The notes beneath the pieces were generated by a model that made no database searches, was not told where the DNA came from, and was given only the letters and a program-made list of their open reading frames with translations. This document shows positions 55,757-64,000 of a stretch of 64,000 bases of DNA, in pieces. The translations under genes were made by a program, and so were the position numbers. The first letter of the stretch is position 1, and every line of letters starts with the position of its first letter. The DNA is taken from positions 1,138,749 through 1,202,748 of the forward strand of contig CBDBGH010000003.1 in the NCBI GenBank assembly GCA_965205265.1, read 5' to 3'. Source of the DNA: Alphaproteobacteria bacterium (GTDB lineage: Bacteria > Pseudomonadota > Alphaproteobacteria > Bin95).

Positions 55757-56737
55757 ATGCAGGTCAAAGCCATCCGGATCGACAGGCCGGGACCGCCGTC
55801 GGCGATGGAATTGCGCACGGTGACGGTCGGCGAGCCGGGCCCCGGCGAAGCGCTGATCCGCCATACCGCTGTCGGGTTGAACTATATCGACACCTACCAC
55901 CGCTCGGGGCTCTACGAACTGCCGCTGCCGAGCGGGATCGGCAGCGAGGGGGCGGGCGTCGTCGAGGCGGTCGGCGAAGGCGTCGGGCATATAGCGCCGG
56001 GCGACAGGGTGGCCTATTCGGGCGGCGCGCCCGGTTCCTATTCGGAAGCGCGCGTGATGCCCGCCGACCGGCTGGTGAAGCTGCCGGACGACATCGACGA
56101 CAGGCAGGCCGCAGCCATGATGCTCAAGGGCATGACCGTCGAATATCTGCTGAACCGCACCTTCAAGGTGTCGCCGGGCCAGACCATCCTGTTCCACGCG
56201 GCGGCCGGCGGCGTCGGGCTGATCGCCGGCCAGTGGGCCAAGGCGCTCGGCGCAACCGTCATCGGCACGGCCGGCGGCCCCGAGAAATGCGAACTGGCCA
56301 AGGGTTACGGCTACGACCACATGATCGACTACAAGCAGGGCGGCATCGCCCGGCAGGTGCGCGAGCTTACGGGCGGGGCCGGCGTTCCGGTGGTCTATGA
56401 CAGCGTCGGCAAGGCGACCTGGGACGAATCGCTGGACTGCCTCGCGCCGCGCGGGGTGATGGTGTCTTTCGGCAATGCCTCCGGTCCGGCCGCGCCGTTT
56501 GCGCCCGGCATTCTCGCGGCCAAGGGCTCGCTCTACCTGACCCGGCCGTCCCTGGTGCACTACACGTTGACGCAGCAGGACGTGCAGGCATCGGCCGATG
56601 CGCTGTTCGCCATGGTGAGTTCGGGCAAGGTCAGGATCGAGGTGAACCAGACCTATGCGCTGGCCGATGCCGCGAAGGCGCATGAGGATCTTGAGGGACG
56701 CCGGACCACCGGTTCGACCGTCCTGCTGGTGGAGTAG
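55757..56737 (+). CDS. qor: NADPH:quinone oxidoreductase (zeta-crystallin-type MDR)
   Basis: The 326-aa protein contains VGLNYIDTYHRSGLY, AAAGGVGL and a C-terminal KAHEDLEGRRTTGSTVLL. Confidence 0.88.
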   Translation: MQVKAIRIDRPGPPSAMELRTVTVGEPGPGEALIRHTAVGLNYIDTYHRSGLYELPLPSGIGSEGAGVVEAVGEGVGHIAPGDRVAYSGGAPGSYSEARVMPADRLVKLPDDIDDRQAAAMMLKGMTVEYLLNRTFKVSPGQTILFHAAAGGVGLIAGQWAKALGATVIGTAGGPEKCELAKGYGYDHMIDYKQGGIARQVRELTGGAGVPVVYDSVGKATWDESLDCLAPRGVMVSFGNASGPAAPFAPGILAAKGSLYLTRPSLVHYTLTQQDVQASADALFAMVSSGKVRIEVNQTYALADAAKAHEDLEGRRTTGSTVLLVE

Positions 56738-56744
56738 CCGCGCG

Positions 56745-57533
56745 ATGTCCGCAGACACGGTCCTCTACGAGGTGCGCGACGGCCTTGCGCACGTAACGCT
56801 CAACCGTCCCGACGCCGCCAACGCCTTCGACCTCGATTTCGTCCGGGCGTTCCACCGCGTCATGATCGACTGCGACAAGAACAGGGCCGTGCGGGCGGTG
56901 CTGCTGACGGGCGCCGGCAAGATGTTCAGCGCCGGCGGCGACCTCAAATTCTTCCTGCAGGCCGGCGACAGGGTGGCCTCCGTGCTGGCGGAGATGACGA
57001 CCAGCCTCCATACCGCGATTGCGGTGATGAACCGGATGGACGCTCCGGTCGTCATCGCGGTCAATGGCATGGCTGCCGGGGGCGGCATGTCGCTTGCGTT
57101 GACGGGCGATGTCGTCTTTGCGGGCGAAAGCGCGCGGTTCACCATGGCCTATACCGCCGGCGGCCTCTCGCCGGACGGCAGTTCGACCTGGTTCCTGCCC
57201 CGGCTGGTCGGGTTTCGCCGCGCCAAGGAACTGGCGCTGACGAACAGGATGCTGAGCGCCGCCGAAGCGATGGAGGCCGGCATCGTCGATCGCGTGGTTC
57301 CGGACAGCAAGCTGATGGCGGAAGCGGAAAAGCAGGCGCGCCTCTTCGCGGACGGCCCGACCGGAGCCTATGGCGCGGTCAAGCGGCTGATGATCGAGAG
57401 CTTCCAGAACGGGCTCGAAACGCAGATGGAGCTCGAGTCCCGCGCCATCGCCGCCCGTGCCGCCAGCGCCGACGGGCGCGAGGGCGTGGGCGCTTTCGCC
57501 GAGAAGCGCAAACCGACCTTTACCGGGGAATAA
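56745..57533 (+). CDS. enoyl-CoA hydratase/isomerase family protein
   Basis: ORF 56655..57533 trimmed to ATG 56745. It contains VTLNRPDAANAF, LTGAGKMFSAGGDLK and a C-terminal GVGAFAEKRKPTFTG. Confidence 0.9.
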   Translation: MSADTVLYEVRDGLAHVTLNRPDAANAFDLDFVRAFHRVMIDCDKNRAVRAVLLTGAGKMFSAGGDLKFFLQAGDRVASVLAEMTTSLHTAIAVMNRMDAPVVIAVNGMAAGGGMSLALTGDVVFAGESARFTMAYTAGGLSPDGSSTWFLPRLVGFRRAKELALTNRMLSAAEAMEAGIVDRVVPDSKLMAEAEKQARLFADGPTGAYGAVKRLMIESFQNGLETQMELESRAIAARAASADGREGVGAFAEKRKPTFTGE

Positions 57534-57539
57534 CCGCCG

Positions 57540-58418
57540 ATGAATGCCGCCGAACTGCCGAAGTCCTTCGTTGAGGTGAAGGGCAGGCGCATGGCCTATA
57601 CGGAGATGGGCGAGGGCGACCCCGTCGTCTTCCTTCACGGCAACCCGACATCCTCCTATCTCTGGCGCAACATCATGCCGCATGTGGCAGGGCAGGCCCG
57701 CTGCCTGGCGCCCGACCTCATCGGCATGGGCGACAGCGACAAGCTCGACGACCCGGGCCCCGGCAGCTACCGCTTCGTCGAGCACCGGGACTATCTGGAC
57801 GGTTTCCTCGACGCCGTCGGCCTCGGCGGCAATGCCGTGTTCGTCGTCCATGACTGGGGCTCGGCGCTCGGCTTCGACTGGGGCAACCGACACCGGGACC
57901 GCATGCGGGGCTTCTGCTACATGGAGGCGCTCGTCAGGCCCGTTACTTGGGAAGAGTGGCCGGAAGCGGCGAAGGCCGTATTTCAGGGTTTCCGCTCGCC
58001 GGCGGGCGAAGGGATGGTGCTGGAAAAGAACGTGTTCGTGGAGCGCGTGCTCCCCGGCTCGATCCTGCGCAAGATGTCCGAAGAGGAAATGGCGGTTTAC
58101 CGCCGGCCCTTCGCGGCTCCGGGAGAGGACCGCCGCCCGACCCTCACATGGCCGCGCGAGATCCCGATCTCCGGCGAGCCGGCGGATGTCGTCGGGATCG
58201 TGCGCGCCTATTCCGAGTGGCTGGCCGCCTCGGATGTCGCCAAGCTGTTCATCGACGCCGAGCCGGGCGCCATCCTGACCGGCCCGCAACGGGAGTTCTG
58301 CCTGGGCTGGCCCAACCAGACCGTGGCGAAGGTCAAGGGCAGCCACTTCATCCAGGAAGACTCCCCCGACGAGATCGGCAAGGCCCTCTCCGACTGGCTG
58401 CGCAGCCTGCCGCGGTAG
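57540..58418 (+). CDS. haloalkane dehalogenase, HLD-II subfamily (LinB/DmbA-like)
   Basis: [24 protein letters not shown] (nucleophile Asp-Trp), CYMEAL (Glu), [14 protein letters not shown] (His). It aligns along its full length with my recollection of LinB. Confidence 0.88.
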   Translation: MNAAELPKSFVEVKGRRMAYTEMGEGDPVVFLHGNPTSSYLWRNIMPHVAGQARCLAPDLIGMGDSDKLDDPGPGSYRFVEHRDYLDGFLDAVGLGGNAVFVVHDWGSALGFDWGNRHRDRMRGFCYMEALVRPVTWEEWPEAAKAVFQGFRSPAGEGMVLEKNVFVERVLPGSILRKMSEEEMAVYRRPFAAPGEDRRPTLTWPREIPISGEPADVVGIVRAYSEWLAASDVAKLFIDAEPGAILTGPQREFCLGWPNQTVAKVKGSHFIQEDSPDEIGKALSDWLRSLPR

Positions 58419-58428
58419 TTCGCCGCCT

Positions 58429-59991
58429 TCAAGCGGGCCGGCCCGATGACGGCTGCCGGGCCAGCCGCTCGGCGAGCTCCAGCTTGCGGACCTTGCCGGT
58501 GGCTGTGACCGGCAGGGCGGCGCGCTCGACGATCTCGATGCGCTGCGGCGTCTTGTAGGCGGCGAGCTCCGCCCGGCAGGCGCGTTTCAGCGTGTCGGGA
58601 TCGGGAGACGCGCCGGGTTCTGCGACCACGACCGCCGCGGGCACCTCGCCCTTCACCGCATCCGGCAGGCCGACGACATAGGCTTCCGCAACGCCGGGCC
58701 GGTCCTGCAGGAATGTCTCGATTTCGCGCGGCGCGATATTGATGCCGCCCGATTTCAGCATCTCCTTCAGGCGCCCCTGGAACAGCAGCCGGCCGCCATC
58801 GTCCCAGGCCGCAAGGTCCCCGGTCTTCATCCAGCCGTCCGCGGTGAAGATTTCGGAATCGCGCTCCGCATCGTTGTAGTAGCCCGGCATGTTCCGCCCG
58901 CGCAGCCAGATTTCGCCCTGCGCGCCGTCGCGGCCGGTTTCGGGATCGACGAGACGGATGTCCTGCCCGGGCAATGGCCGCCCGCATGTGATGTGCCGTA
59001 TGTGCAGGGGATCGTCATAATCGCAAACCGCCGAATTCCCATAGGCTTCCGTCAGGCCGTAAACCTGAAGGATTCGTCCGACCCCGAGCCGTTCGATCAG
59101 CGCCATGTCGCCGGGCGTGCCGATGGAGAGGCCGGTCCGCAGCGACGAAAGGTCCCGCCCCGGCCGGTCCGGATGCTCCCACATCGCATGGGCCATGTTG
59201 GGCATGCCGTAGAAGACGGAGCAGCGCTCCCGCTCGATGAGCGCCATCGCCTCGCCCGGCTCGAAAGCGTGCTGGAGGACGATTGCCGCCCCGTGGGTCA
59301 ACGCAGCCCCGAGGGCGTTGGCGGCGGCGAAGCTCCAGAAGAGATTGATGGCGAGCCAGACCCGGTCCTCCGGCCCGAGGCGCATCCGCTCGCCGATGGC
59401 GCGCATGTTCTCGATAATGCCGCGATGGGTGAGCTGCGCGCCCTTCGGCATGGCGGTGGTGCCGGAGGTGAAGAGGATTTGCGCCACATCGTCCGGTTCC
59501 GGGCCGGGAAAGGCGCCGGGCTCGCGGCACAGCGCGGACCAGGGCAGGGCGCCCGGCGGCGTGTCGCCCAGGATGACAACGGTGCCGACATTGTCGAACG
59601 CGCCGGCCTCGCGGAGCAGGGCGGGATAGTCCTGCCGGAGATAGCGGTCGGCGGCGACCAGAAGCCCGATGTCCGACTTGGCGAAGACATGGCGAAGCTC
59701 ATGGGTGCGGAACCAGGTGTTGATCGCGACAACGCGCGCGCCGAGCGACAGCGCCGCGAACATGACCGCAAGCCACTCCGGGCAATTGCCCATCAGCAGG
59801 CCGACATTGTCGCCCCGCCGGATGCCGTGCGCATGGAGCCCGGCGGCAAGCCGCGCGGCCTCATCGCGGAAAGCGCCATAGGTCCAGCGTTCGCCGCGAT
59901 AGACCAGGAATTCGCGGTCGGGCGCGCTATCGGCGAGGGCGTCCAGCAGGCCGGGCAGCGTGCGAGCGGTCCGGACCGCTTCGGACATCAT
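58429..59991 (-). CDS. AMP-binding adenylate-forming acyl-CoA ligase family protein
   Basis: The 520-aa protein contains FTSGTTAMPKGA (AMP-binding motif I), YGLTE, TGDLA and PVTATGKVRK. Confidence 0.9.
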   Translation of the reverse strand: MMSEAVRTARTLPGLLDALADSAPDREFLVYRGERWTYGAFRDEAARLAAGLHAHGIRRGDNVGLLMGNCPEWLAVMFAALSLGARVVAINTWFRTHELRHVFAKSDIGLLVAADRYLRQDYPALLREAGAFDNVGTVVILGDTPPGALPWSALCREPGAFPGPEPDDVAQILFTSGTTAMPKGAQLTHRGIIENMRAIGERMRLGPEDRVWLAINLFWSFAAANALGAALTHGAAIVLQHAFEPGEAMALIERERCSVFYGMPNMAHAMWEHPDRPGRDLSSLRTGLSIGTPGDMALIERLGVGRILQVYGLTEAYGNSAVCDYDDPLHIRHITCGRPLPGQDIRLVDPETGRDGAQGEIWLRGRNMPGYYNDAERDSEIFTADGWMKTGDLAAWDDGGRLLFQGRLKEMLKSGGINIAPREIETFLQDRPGVAEAYVVGLPDAVKGEVPAAVVVAEPGASPDPDTLKRACRAELAAYKTPQRIEIVERAALPVTATGKVRKLELAERLARQPSSGRPA

Positions 59992-60353
59992 CGTTCGCGC
60001 GCGGCCTCGACAAGCGGCACGGCGCGCCCGTTATAGACGTCCGGCTTGCGCACGCGGACGCGGCACCAGGCGACTTTCGGGTCCTGCAGGCAAAGCTCCA
60101 GAAGCTCGTCCACCAGCGTTTCCAGCAGGTCGGTATGCGGACGGTCGGGCCACTCGGAGGTCACATGGCGATAGACGCGGTCGTAGTCGATGCAGTCGTC
60201 GATGCTCCGCGCCGTCTCCCATTCGGGGCGGGTCATTTCGACATCGACGAGCAGGCGCTGGCGCCTGCCGGGATGGCGTTCCCAGTCCGCGATGCCCACC
60301 CTGGCCTCGACGGCAATGCCTTCGAGGGCCACACGCTGCCAGGTCCGCGTCAT
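59988..60353 (-). CDS. folB: dihydroneopterin aldolase
   Basis: The 121-aa protein contains IALEGIAVEARVGIADWERHPGRRQRLLVDVEM...IDYDRVY. There are ATGA overlaps on both sides. Confidence 0.8.
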   Translation of the reverse strand: MTRTWQRVALEGIAVEARVGIADWERHPGRRQRLLVDVEMTRPEWETARSIDDCIDYDRVYRHVTSEWPDRPHTDLLETLVDELLELCLQDPKVAWCRVRVRKPDVYNGRAVPLVEAARER

Positions 60354-61084
60354 TCCTCGATCATCGCCGTCTCGACGTCCTCATAGTCCTGAAAGCGGAA
60401 TCCGGCGTCAACATAGAGCGTTTCCCCGGTCACGCTTTTCGTCTCGACCAGGTAGCGCACCGCCCGAAACAGGTCGTCCAGCGCGATTTCGCGCTCGAGC
60501 AGGGTGGAGCGGACGACGGCCCGGTATTCGTCGGCGCTCTGACCGCCGCTCGGCAGCACCACGCCCGGCGCGACGGCGTTCACGCGCACGGTCGGCGCCA
60601 GCGCCTGCGCCAGCATCGTGGTGGCGTTCTGGAGCGCGGTCTTGGCGAGCGTGTAGGACAGGAAGGACGCGCTCGGCCGCCAGATCTTGAAATCGAGGAA
60701 ATTGACGGCCACGGCCGGTCGGCCGCGGGCGGCGACGGCCCGGATGAGATTGACCGGGGCCGCCAGATTGACCGCGATATTGCGCGCCCAGGTTCCGGCC
60801 TCCAGCGTCTCCATGTCGTCATACTCGAAGGTGGACGCGCAGTTGATGAGCACATCCACCGGCCCCAGCGCGGCCTCGCAACCGGCGATCAGGGACTCTG
60901 CGGCATTCCACTCGGAAAGGTCGGCCGGAAGCAGGGCGGCTTGCCCGATCCGCGCCGCAAGCGTCTCCGCTTCCGGCCGCGAGCCGTTGTAGTGGATGCC
61001 GACGGAGCAGCCCGCCCGCCCGAAGCCGAGCGCCAGATGGCGACCGATTCGCCGCGCCGCGCCCGTCACCAGCACCACCGTCAT
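60350..61084 (-). CDS. pteridine reductase-like SDR (PTR1/FolM/PruA type)
   Basis: This is the C-terminal 244 aa of track ORF 60350..61957, beginning MTVVLVTGAARRIGRHLALGFGRAGCSVGIHYNGS... It also contains SYTLAKTALQNATTMLAQALAPTVRVNAVAPG. TGAA(K/R)RIG plus Y-x-x-x-K in this context is the pteridine reductase pattern. Confidence 0.75.
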   Translation of the reverse strand: MTVVLVTGAARRIGRHLALGFGRAGCSVGIHYNGSRPEAETLAARIGQAALLPADLSEWNAAESLIAGCEAALGPVDVLINCASTFEYDDMETLEAGTWARNIAVNLAAPVNLIRAVAARGRPAVAVNFLDFKIWRPSASFLSYTLAKTALQNATTMLAQALAPTVRVNAVAPGVVLPSGGQSADEYRAVVRSTLLEREIALDDLFRAVRYLVETKSVTGETLYVDAGFRFQDYEDVETAMIEE

Positions 61085-61932
61085 GACGCCAGCCAGGCTT
61101 CCAGGTTCTCGACTTCGCCGGCGTCCCGGGCCGCCCGGAAGGCCTCGTTGGCGCTGGCGTTGGCGGTGAATTCCGCACGGGCGGCCGCGGCGATTTCGGG
61201 CGTGAGGTCGAGGCCGCCCGCATCGATGGCGGCGACGATTGCGGCATAGCCGCGCGCCGCCCGGTCGGCCGTGTCGGGCGACTGGGTGATCGAGCCGTCG
61301 CGCTTGACATAGTCGTAGCCGGTTCGCGCGAGGCCGCGGAATTCCGGGCAGCGGCTCAGCACTTCGAGGTTGAATACGACATCGCTGCAGAAGTCGAAGG
61401 CGCGCCAGCCCCCGCCCGCGAGCTCGCGGCGGAGGAGCGCGTTCATCGGCAGGCGGGGGGCGAGGATCGCCTCGGCCGTCAGCCGGAAGTCCGCCGGAGT
61501 TGCCGGGAACGCCGTCTTCGTCAGGCAACCTCCGATCCAGAGCGCCGTATTGTCCACCGCCGCGCCGTAGCGCTCCGCATAGGGCAGCATGAAGGCGAGC
61601 CGCTCCGGGCGCATGGCGTCGTCGGCATCGAGATTGGCGACGAAACGCCCCCGCGCCGCGGCCAGCGCGGCATTGCGGGCGGGCCCGTCGCCGCTGCCCG
61701 TTCGTCCCGTGGAAACCTGCCGGAGGCGCGGGTCGGCGCAGCCCAGCATGGCCGCGTAGTCCTCGCCGTCGTCGGAAGCGAGCACCACCTCGATATCGTC
61801 GAACGTCTGGGCGAGCGCGCTTCGGACCGCCTTGCCGATCGTCCCGGCGGCCTCGAAACACGGGACCAGAATGCTGACGGTCGGTGCTAGACTGTGCGCC
61901 AGGGAGCCGTCCTCCGTCGGGGCGCGGCACAT
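61081..61932 (-). CDS. family 2 glycosyltransferase
   Basis: ORF 61081..61989 trimmed to ATG 61932. It contains VSILVPCFEAAGTIGKAVRSALAQTFDDIEVVLASDDG, ARNAALAAARGRFVANLDADD (DxD). Confidence 0.8.
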   Translation of the reverse strand: MCRAPTEDGSLAHSLAPTVSILVPCFEAAGTIGKAVRSALAQTFDDIEVVLASDDGEDYAAMLGCADPRLRQVSTGRTGSGDGPARNAALAAARGRFVANLDADDAMRPERLAFMLPYAERYGAAVDNTALWIGGCLTKTAFPATPADFRLTAEAILAPRLPMNALLRRELAGGGWRAFDFCSDVVFNLEVLSRCPEFRGLARTGYDYVKRDGSITQSPDTADRAARGYAAIVAAIDAGGLDLTPEIAAAARAEFTANASANEAFRAARDAGEVENLEAWLAS

Positions 61933-61955
61933 TAGCAGTATCGGAGAAAGCCCGC

Positions 61956-62762
61956 ATGAACGGCCTGCCGTCCTACGATGTCTTCGCAATCCGCTACGGC
62001 GAGCAGAAGGAGCGCCCGGAGGGCTCGACCTTCATGGGCGGCGACCCGGCGAAGACGATCCCCGGCCTCGACTTCTTCACCTATGTTATCGCCGGGGCAG
62101 GAAGGACCTGGATCGTCGATACCGGCTTCAAGGCCGACATTTCCGGCGAGGGCGGGCGCATGTTCCTGCACGACCCGGCGGCCGTGCTGGGCCGGCTCGG
62201 CGTCGATGCGAAGACGGCGCCCGACGTCCTGCTGACCCACGCGCATTTCGACCATGTCGGCAATCTCGCCGACTATCCTGCGGCGTCTTTCCGCATGCAC
62301 GCCGAGGAAATGGCGTCGATCACCGGCCCTGACATGACGCATCCGGCCTTCCGCCACGCCTACCATCTGCGCGACACCCAGGCGCTGGTGCAGCTCGTCT
62401 ATGAAGACCGGCTGCGTTTCGACACCGACCCGGTCGTCGAAATCGCCCCCGGCCTCGAATCGCACCTGATCGGCGGCCATGCGCGCGGCCAGACGGTGCT
62501 GCGCGTCCACAGCAGGCGGGGCTGGATCCTGCTCGCCTCCGATGCCGTCCACCTGTTCGAGGAAGTGACGGACGAGCGTCCGTTCGCCATCTTCTACGAC
62601 CTCGCGAAGATGGTGGAAGGGTATCGGCGCTGCCTGGCGCTTGCGGGCTCGCTCGACCGGCTGGTTCCCGGCCACGACCAGCTGGTGACGGCGCGTTATC
62701 CGGCCCCGAGCGCCGGGCTCGAAGGCATCGTATTCGACCTTGGCGCCGAGCCCTCGGCCTGA
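61956..62762 (+). CDS. MBL-fold metallo-hydrolase (N-acyl-homoserine-lactonase-like)
   Basis: ORF 61884..62762 trimmed to ATG 61956. LLTHAHFDHVGN is the HxHxDH motif. The gene lies only 23 nt from the divergent GT2 start. Confidence 0.8.
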   Translation: MNGLPSYDVFAIRYGEQKERPEGSTFMGGDPAKTIPGLDFFTYVIAGAGRTWIVDTGFKADISGEGGRMFLHDPAAVLGRLGVDAKTAPDVLLTHAHFDHVGNLADYPAASFRMHAEEMASITGPDMTHPAFRHAYHLRDTQALVQLVYEDRLRFDTDPVVEIAPGLESHLIGGHARGQTVLRVHSRRGWILLASDAVHLFEEVTDERPFAIFYDLAKMVEGYRRCLALAGSLDRLVPGHDQLVTARYPAPSAGLEGIVFDLGAEPSA

Positions 62763-62774
62763 TTCGGGCCAACC

Positions 62775-62803
62775 CTTGCGCAGGCGGCATCTCTGGCTAT
62801 AGT
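62775..62803 (+). promoter_or_regulatory. candidate sigma-70-type promoter for yajC-secD
   Basis: CTTGCG (62775-62780), a 17-nt spacer, then TATAGT (62798-62803). GGAGGGA lies 7 nt before the yajC ATG. Confidence 0.45.
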
Positions 62804-62829
62804 CGCGCGTCCTTTCGGAGGGACCTTCC

Positions 62830-63219
62830 ATGCTGATCTCACCGGCCTACGCGCAGAGTGCGGGTGGCGGCGGCGACATGCTGACCGGCCTGTTGCCGAT
62901 CATCCTCATCTTCGTCGTGTTCTACTTCCTGCTGATCCGCCCGCAGCAGAAGAAGGCCAAGGCGCATCGCGAACTCGTGGCCGCGCTCCGGCGCGGCGAC
63001 AGGGTTGTGACCGCCGGCGGCATTATGGGCGTCGTCGCCCGCGTCAGCAACGAGCATGAAGTGCTGGTGGAGATCGCGGAGGGCGTGCGGGTGCGCATGG
63101 TCCGCTCGCAGATCACCGATGTGCTGAGCAAGCCCGGCCAGGCCCAGGCCGCCGCGCCGGCCGCTCAGGCAGGGGGCGGCAGCCTCCTCGGCGGACTGTT
63201 CGGCCGCAGGGGCAACTAG
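62830..63219 (+). CDS. yajC: preprotein translocase subunit YajC
   Basis: LLPIILIFVVFYFLLIRPQQKKAKAHRELVAALRRGDRVVTAGGIMGVV is the canonical YajC core, followed by a Gln/Ala/Gly-rich tail. Confidence 0.93.
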   Translation: MLISPAYAQSAGGGGDMLTGLLPIILIFVVFYFLLIRPQQKKAKAHRELVAALRRGDRVVTAGGIMGVVARVSNEHEVLVEIAEGVRVRMVRSQITDVLSKPGQAQAAAPAAQAGGGSLLGGLFGRRGN

Positions 63220-63225
63220 CCTGCA

Positions 63226-64000
63226 ATGCTCTACTTCGCCAGGTGGAAGATCGTCGTCATCCTGGCGATTTGCGCGCTCGGGCTCGTCTATGCATCGCCG
63301 AATTTCTGGCGCTCGGACAATCTCGGCACGGACCTGCCGAGCTGGATTCCGCACAAGACCGTCAATCTCGGCCTCGACCTCCAGGGCGGCGCGCACCTGC
63401 TGATCGAGGTGCAGACGAGCGCCGTGCTGAAGGAACGCCTGGAAGCGGTGGAGGACAATGTGCGCCGCAGCCTGCGCGATGCGCGCATCGGCTATCGCGG
63501 ACTCGGCGTGCGCGACCGGGCCGTGGTGTTCACGCTCCGCGACGCCGGCGATGTCGGACGCGCCCGGCAGCTCGTGGCCGAACGCGACGCTCTCGTGACC
63601 GTCGAGATCGACGAGTCCGGGGCCGCCCGGCTGGAATATCCCACGGAAGTGGTCGTCGATGTCGAGAGCGCGGCGGTCGAACAGACGCTCGAAATCCTGC
63701 GCATCCGGCTGAACGAGCTCGGCCTTCGCGAGCCGACGATCCAGCGCCACGGCCTGGACCGCATCATCGTGCAGCTTCCGGGTGTGGACGATCCGGACAC
63801 GATCAAGGACCTGCTTACCCAGACGGCGAAGCTCACCTTCCATCTTCTCGACCAGCGCAATGCGGACCCGACTGCGGCCGCCCCGCCCGGCGCGCGCTGG
63901 CACAAGGGCACGGACCCGCTCGGGCAGGTCACCGATTATCTCGTCGAAAAGCGGGTGCGGGTTTCCGGCGAGCGCCTTGTCGATGCCCAGCAGACCTTCC
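63226..64000 (+). CDS. secD: protein translocase subunit SecD, N-terminal part (runs off the window)
   Basis: The frame is open from ATG 63226 to the window end: MLYFARWKIVVILAICALGLVYASPNFW...VNLGLDLQGGAHLLIEV...IIVQLPGVDDPDTIKDLLTQTAKLTFH. Confidence 0.9.
   Translation, partial: MLYFARWKIVVILAICALGLVYASPNFWRSDNLGTDLPSWIPHKTVNLGLDLQGGAHLLIEVQTSAVLKERLEAVEDNVRRSLRDARIGYRGLGVRDRAVVFTLRDAGDVGRARQLVAERDALVTVEIDESGAARLEYPTEVVVDVESAAVEQTLEILRIRLNELGLREPTIQRHGLDRIIVQLPGVDDPDTIKDLLTQTAKLTFHLLDQRNADPTAAAPPGARWHKGTDPLGQVTDYLVEKRVRVSGERLVDAQQTF

Overview
This is a 64-kb high-G+C chromosomal segment with alphaproteobacterial gene order. I count roughly 60 protein-coding genes and see no rRNA, tRNA or CRISPR array.

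Core blocks:
- pyrC-pyrB (1-1944, minus strand).
- A CoxMSL-type molybdoenzyme operon plus a MoaD-like gene (4154-8049, minus strand).
- The conserved rpsB-tsf-pyrH-frr-uppS-cdsA-dxr / rseP-bamA-skp-fabZ-lpxA-lpxI supercluster (13826-26516, plus strand).
- A TAXI-TRAP transporter and a PotABCD-like ABC transporter (30350-38656).
- Many acyl-CoA metabolism genes: acyl-CoA dehydrogenases, a CoA-transferase, two thiolase+DUF35 pairs, an ADP-forming acyl-CoA synthetase, an enoyl-CoA hydratase and an AMP-ligase.
- Several TPP enzymes: E1 alpha/beta, a split ComDE-like decarboxylase and an acetolactate-synthase-like protein.
- A PBP1A, a haloalkane dehalogenase, a folB/pteridine-reductase operon, and yajC-secD at the 3' edge.

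Accessory content is small:
- An IS3 remnant next to an orphan YwgA-like gene.
- A truncated IS630 transposase.
- A Phd/VapC toxin-antitoxin pair.
- Several families of structured intergenic repeats, including an 88-bp nested-palindrome MITE/REP-like element in six full copies.

I did not find a convincing novel multi-gene defence or mobile system. The strongest single observation is a GrdB-family gene interrupted by an in-frame TGA, followed by a SECIS-like hairpin at canonical spacing. It is probably a selenoprotein that the ORF track splits into two ORFs.

All functional calls come from my own reading of the translations (motif recall), not from database searches. Start codons are often uncertain by a few codons.
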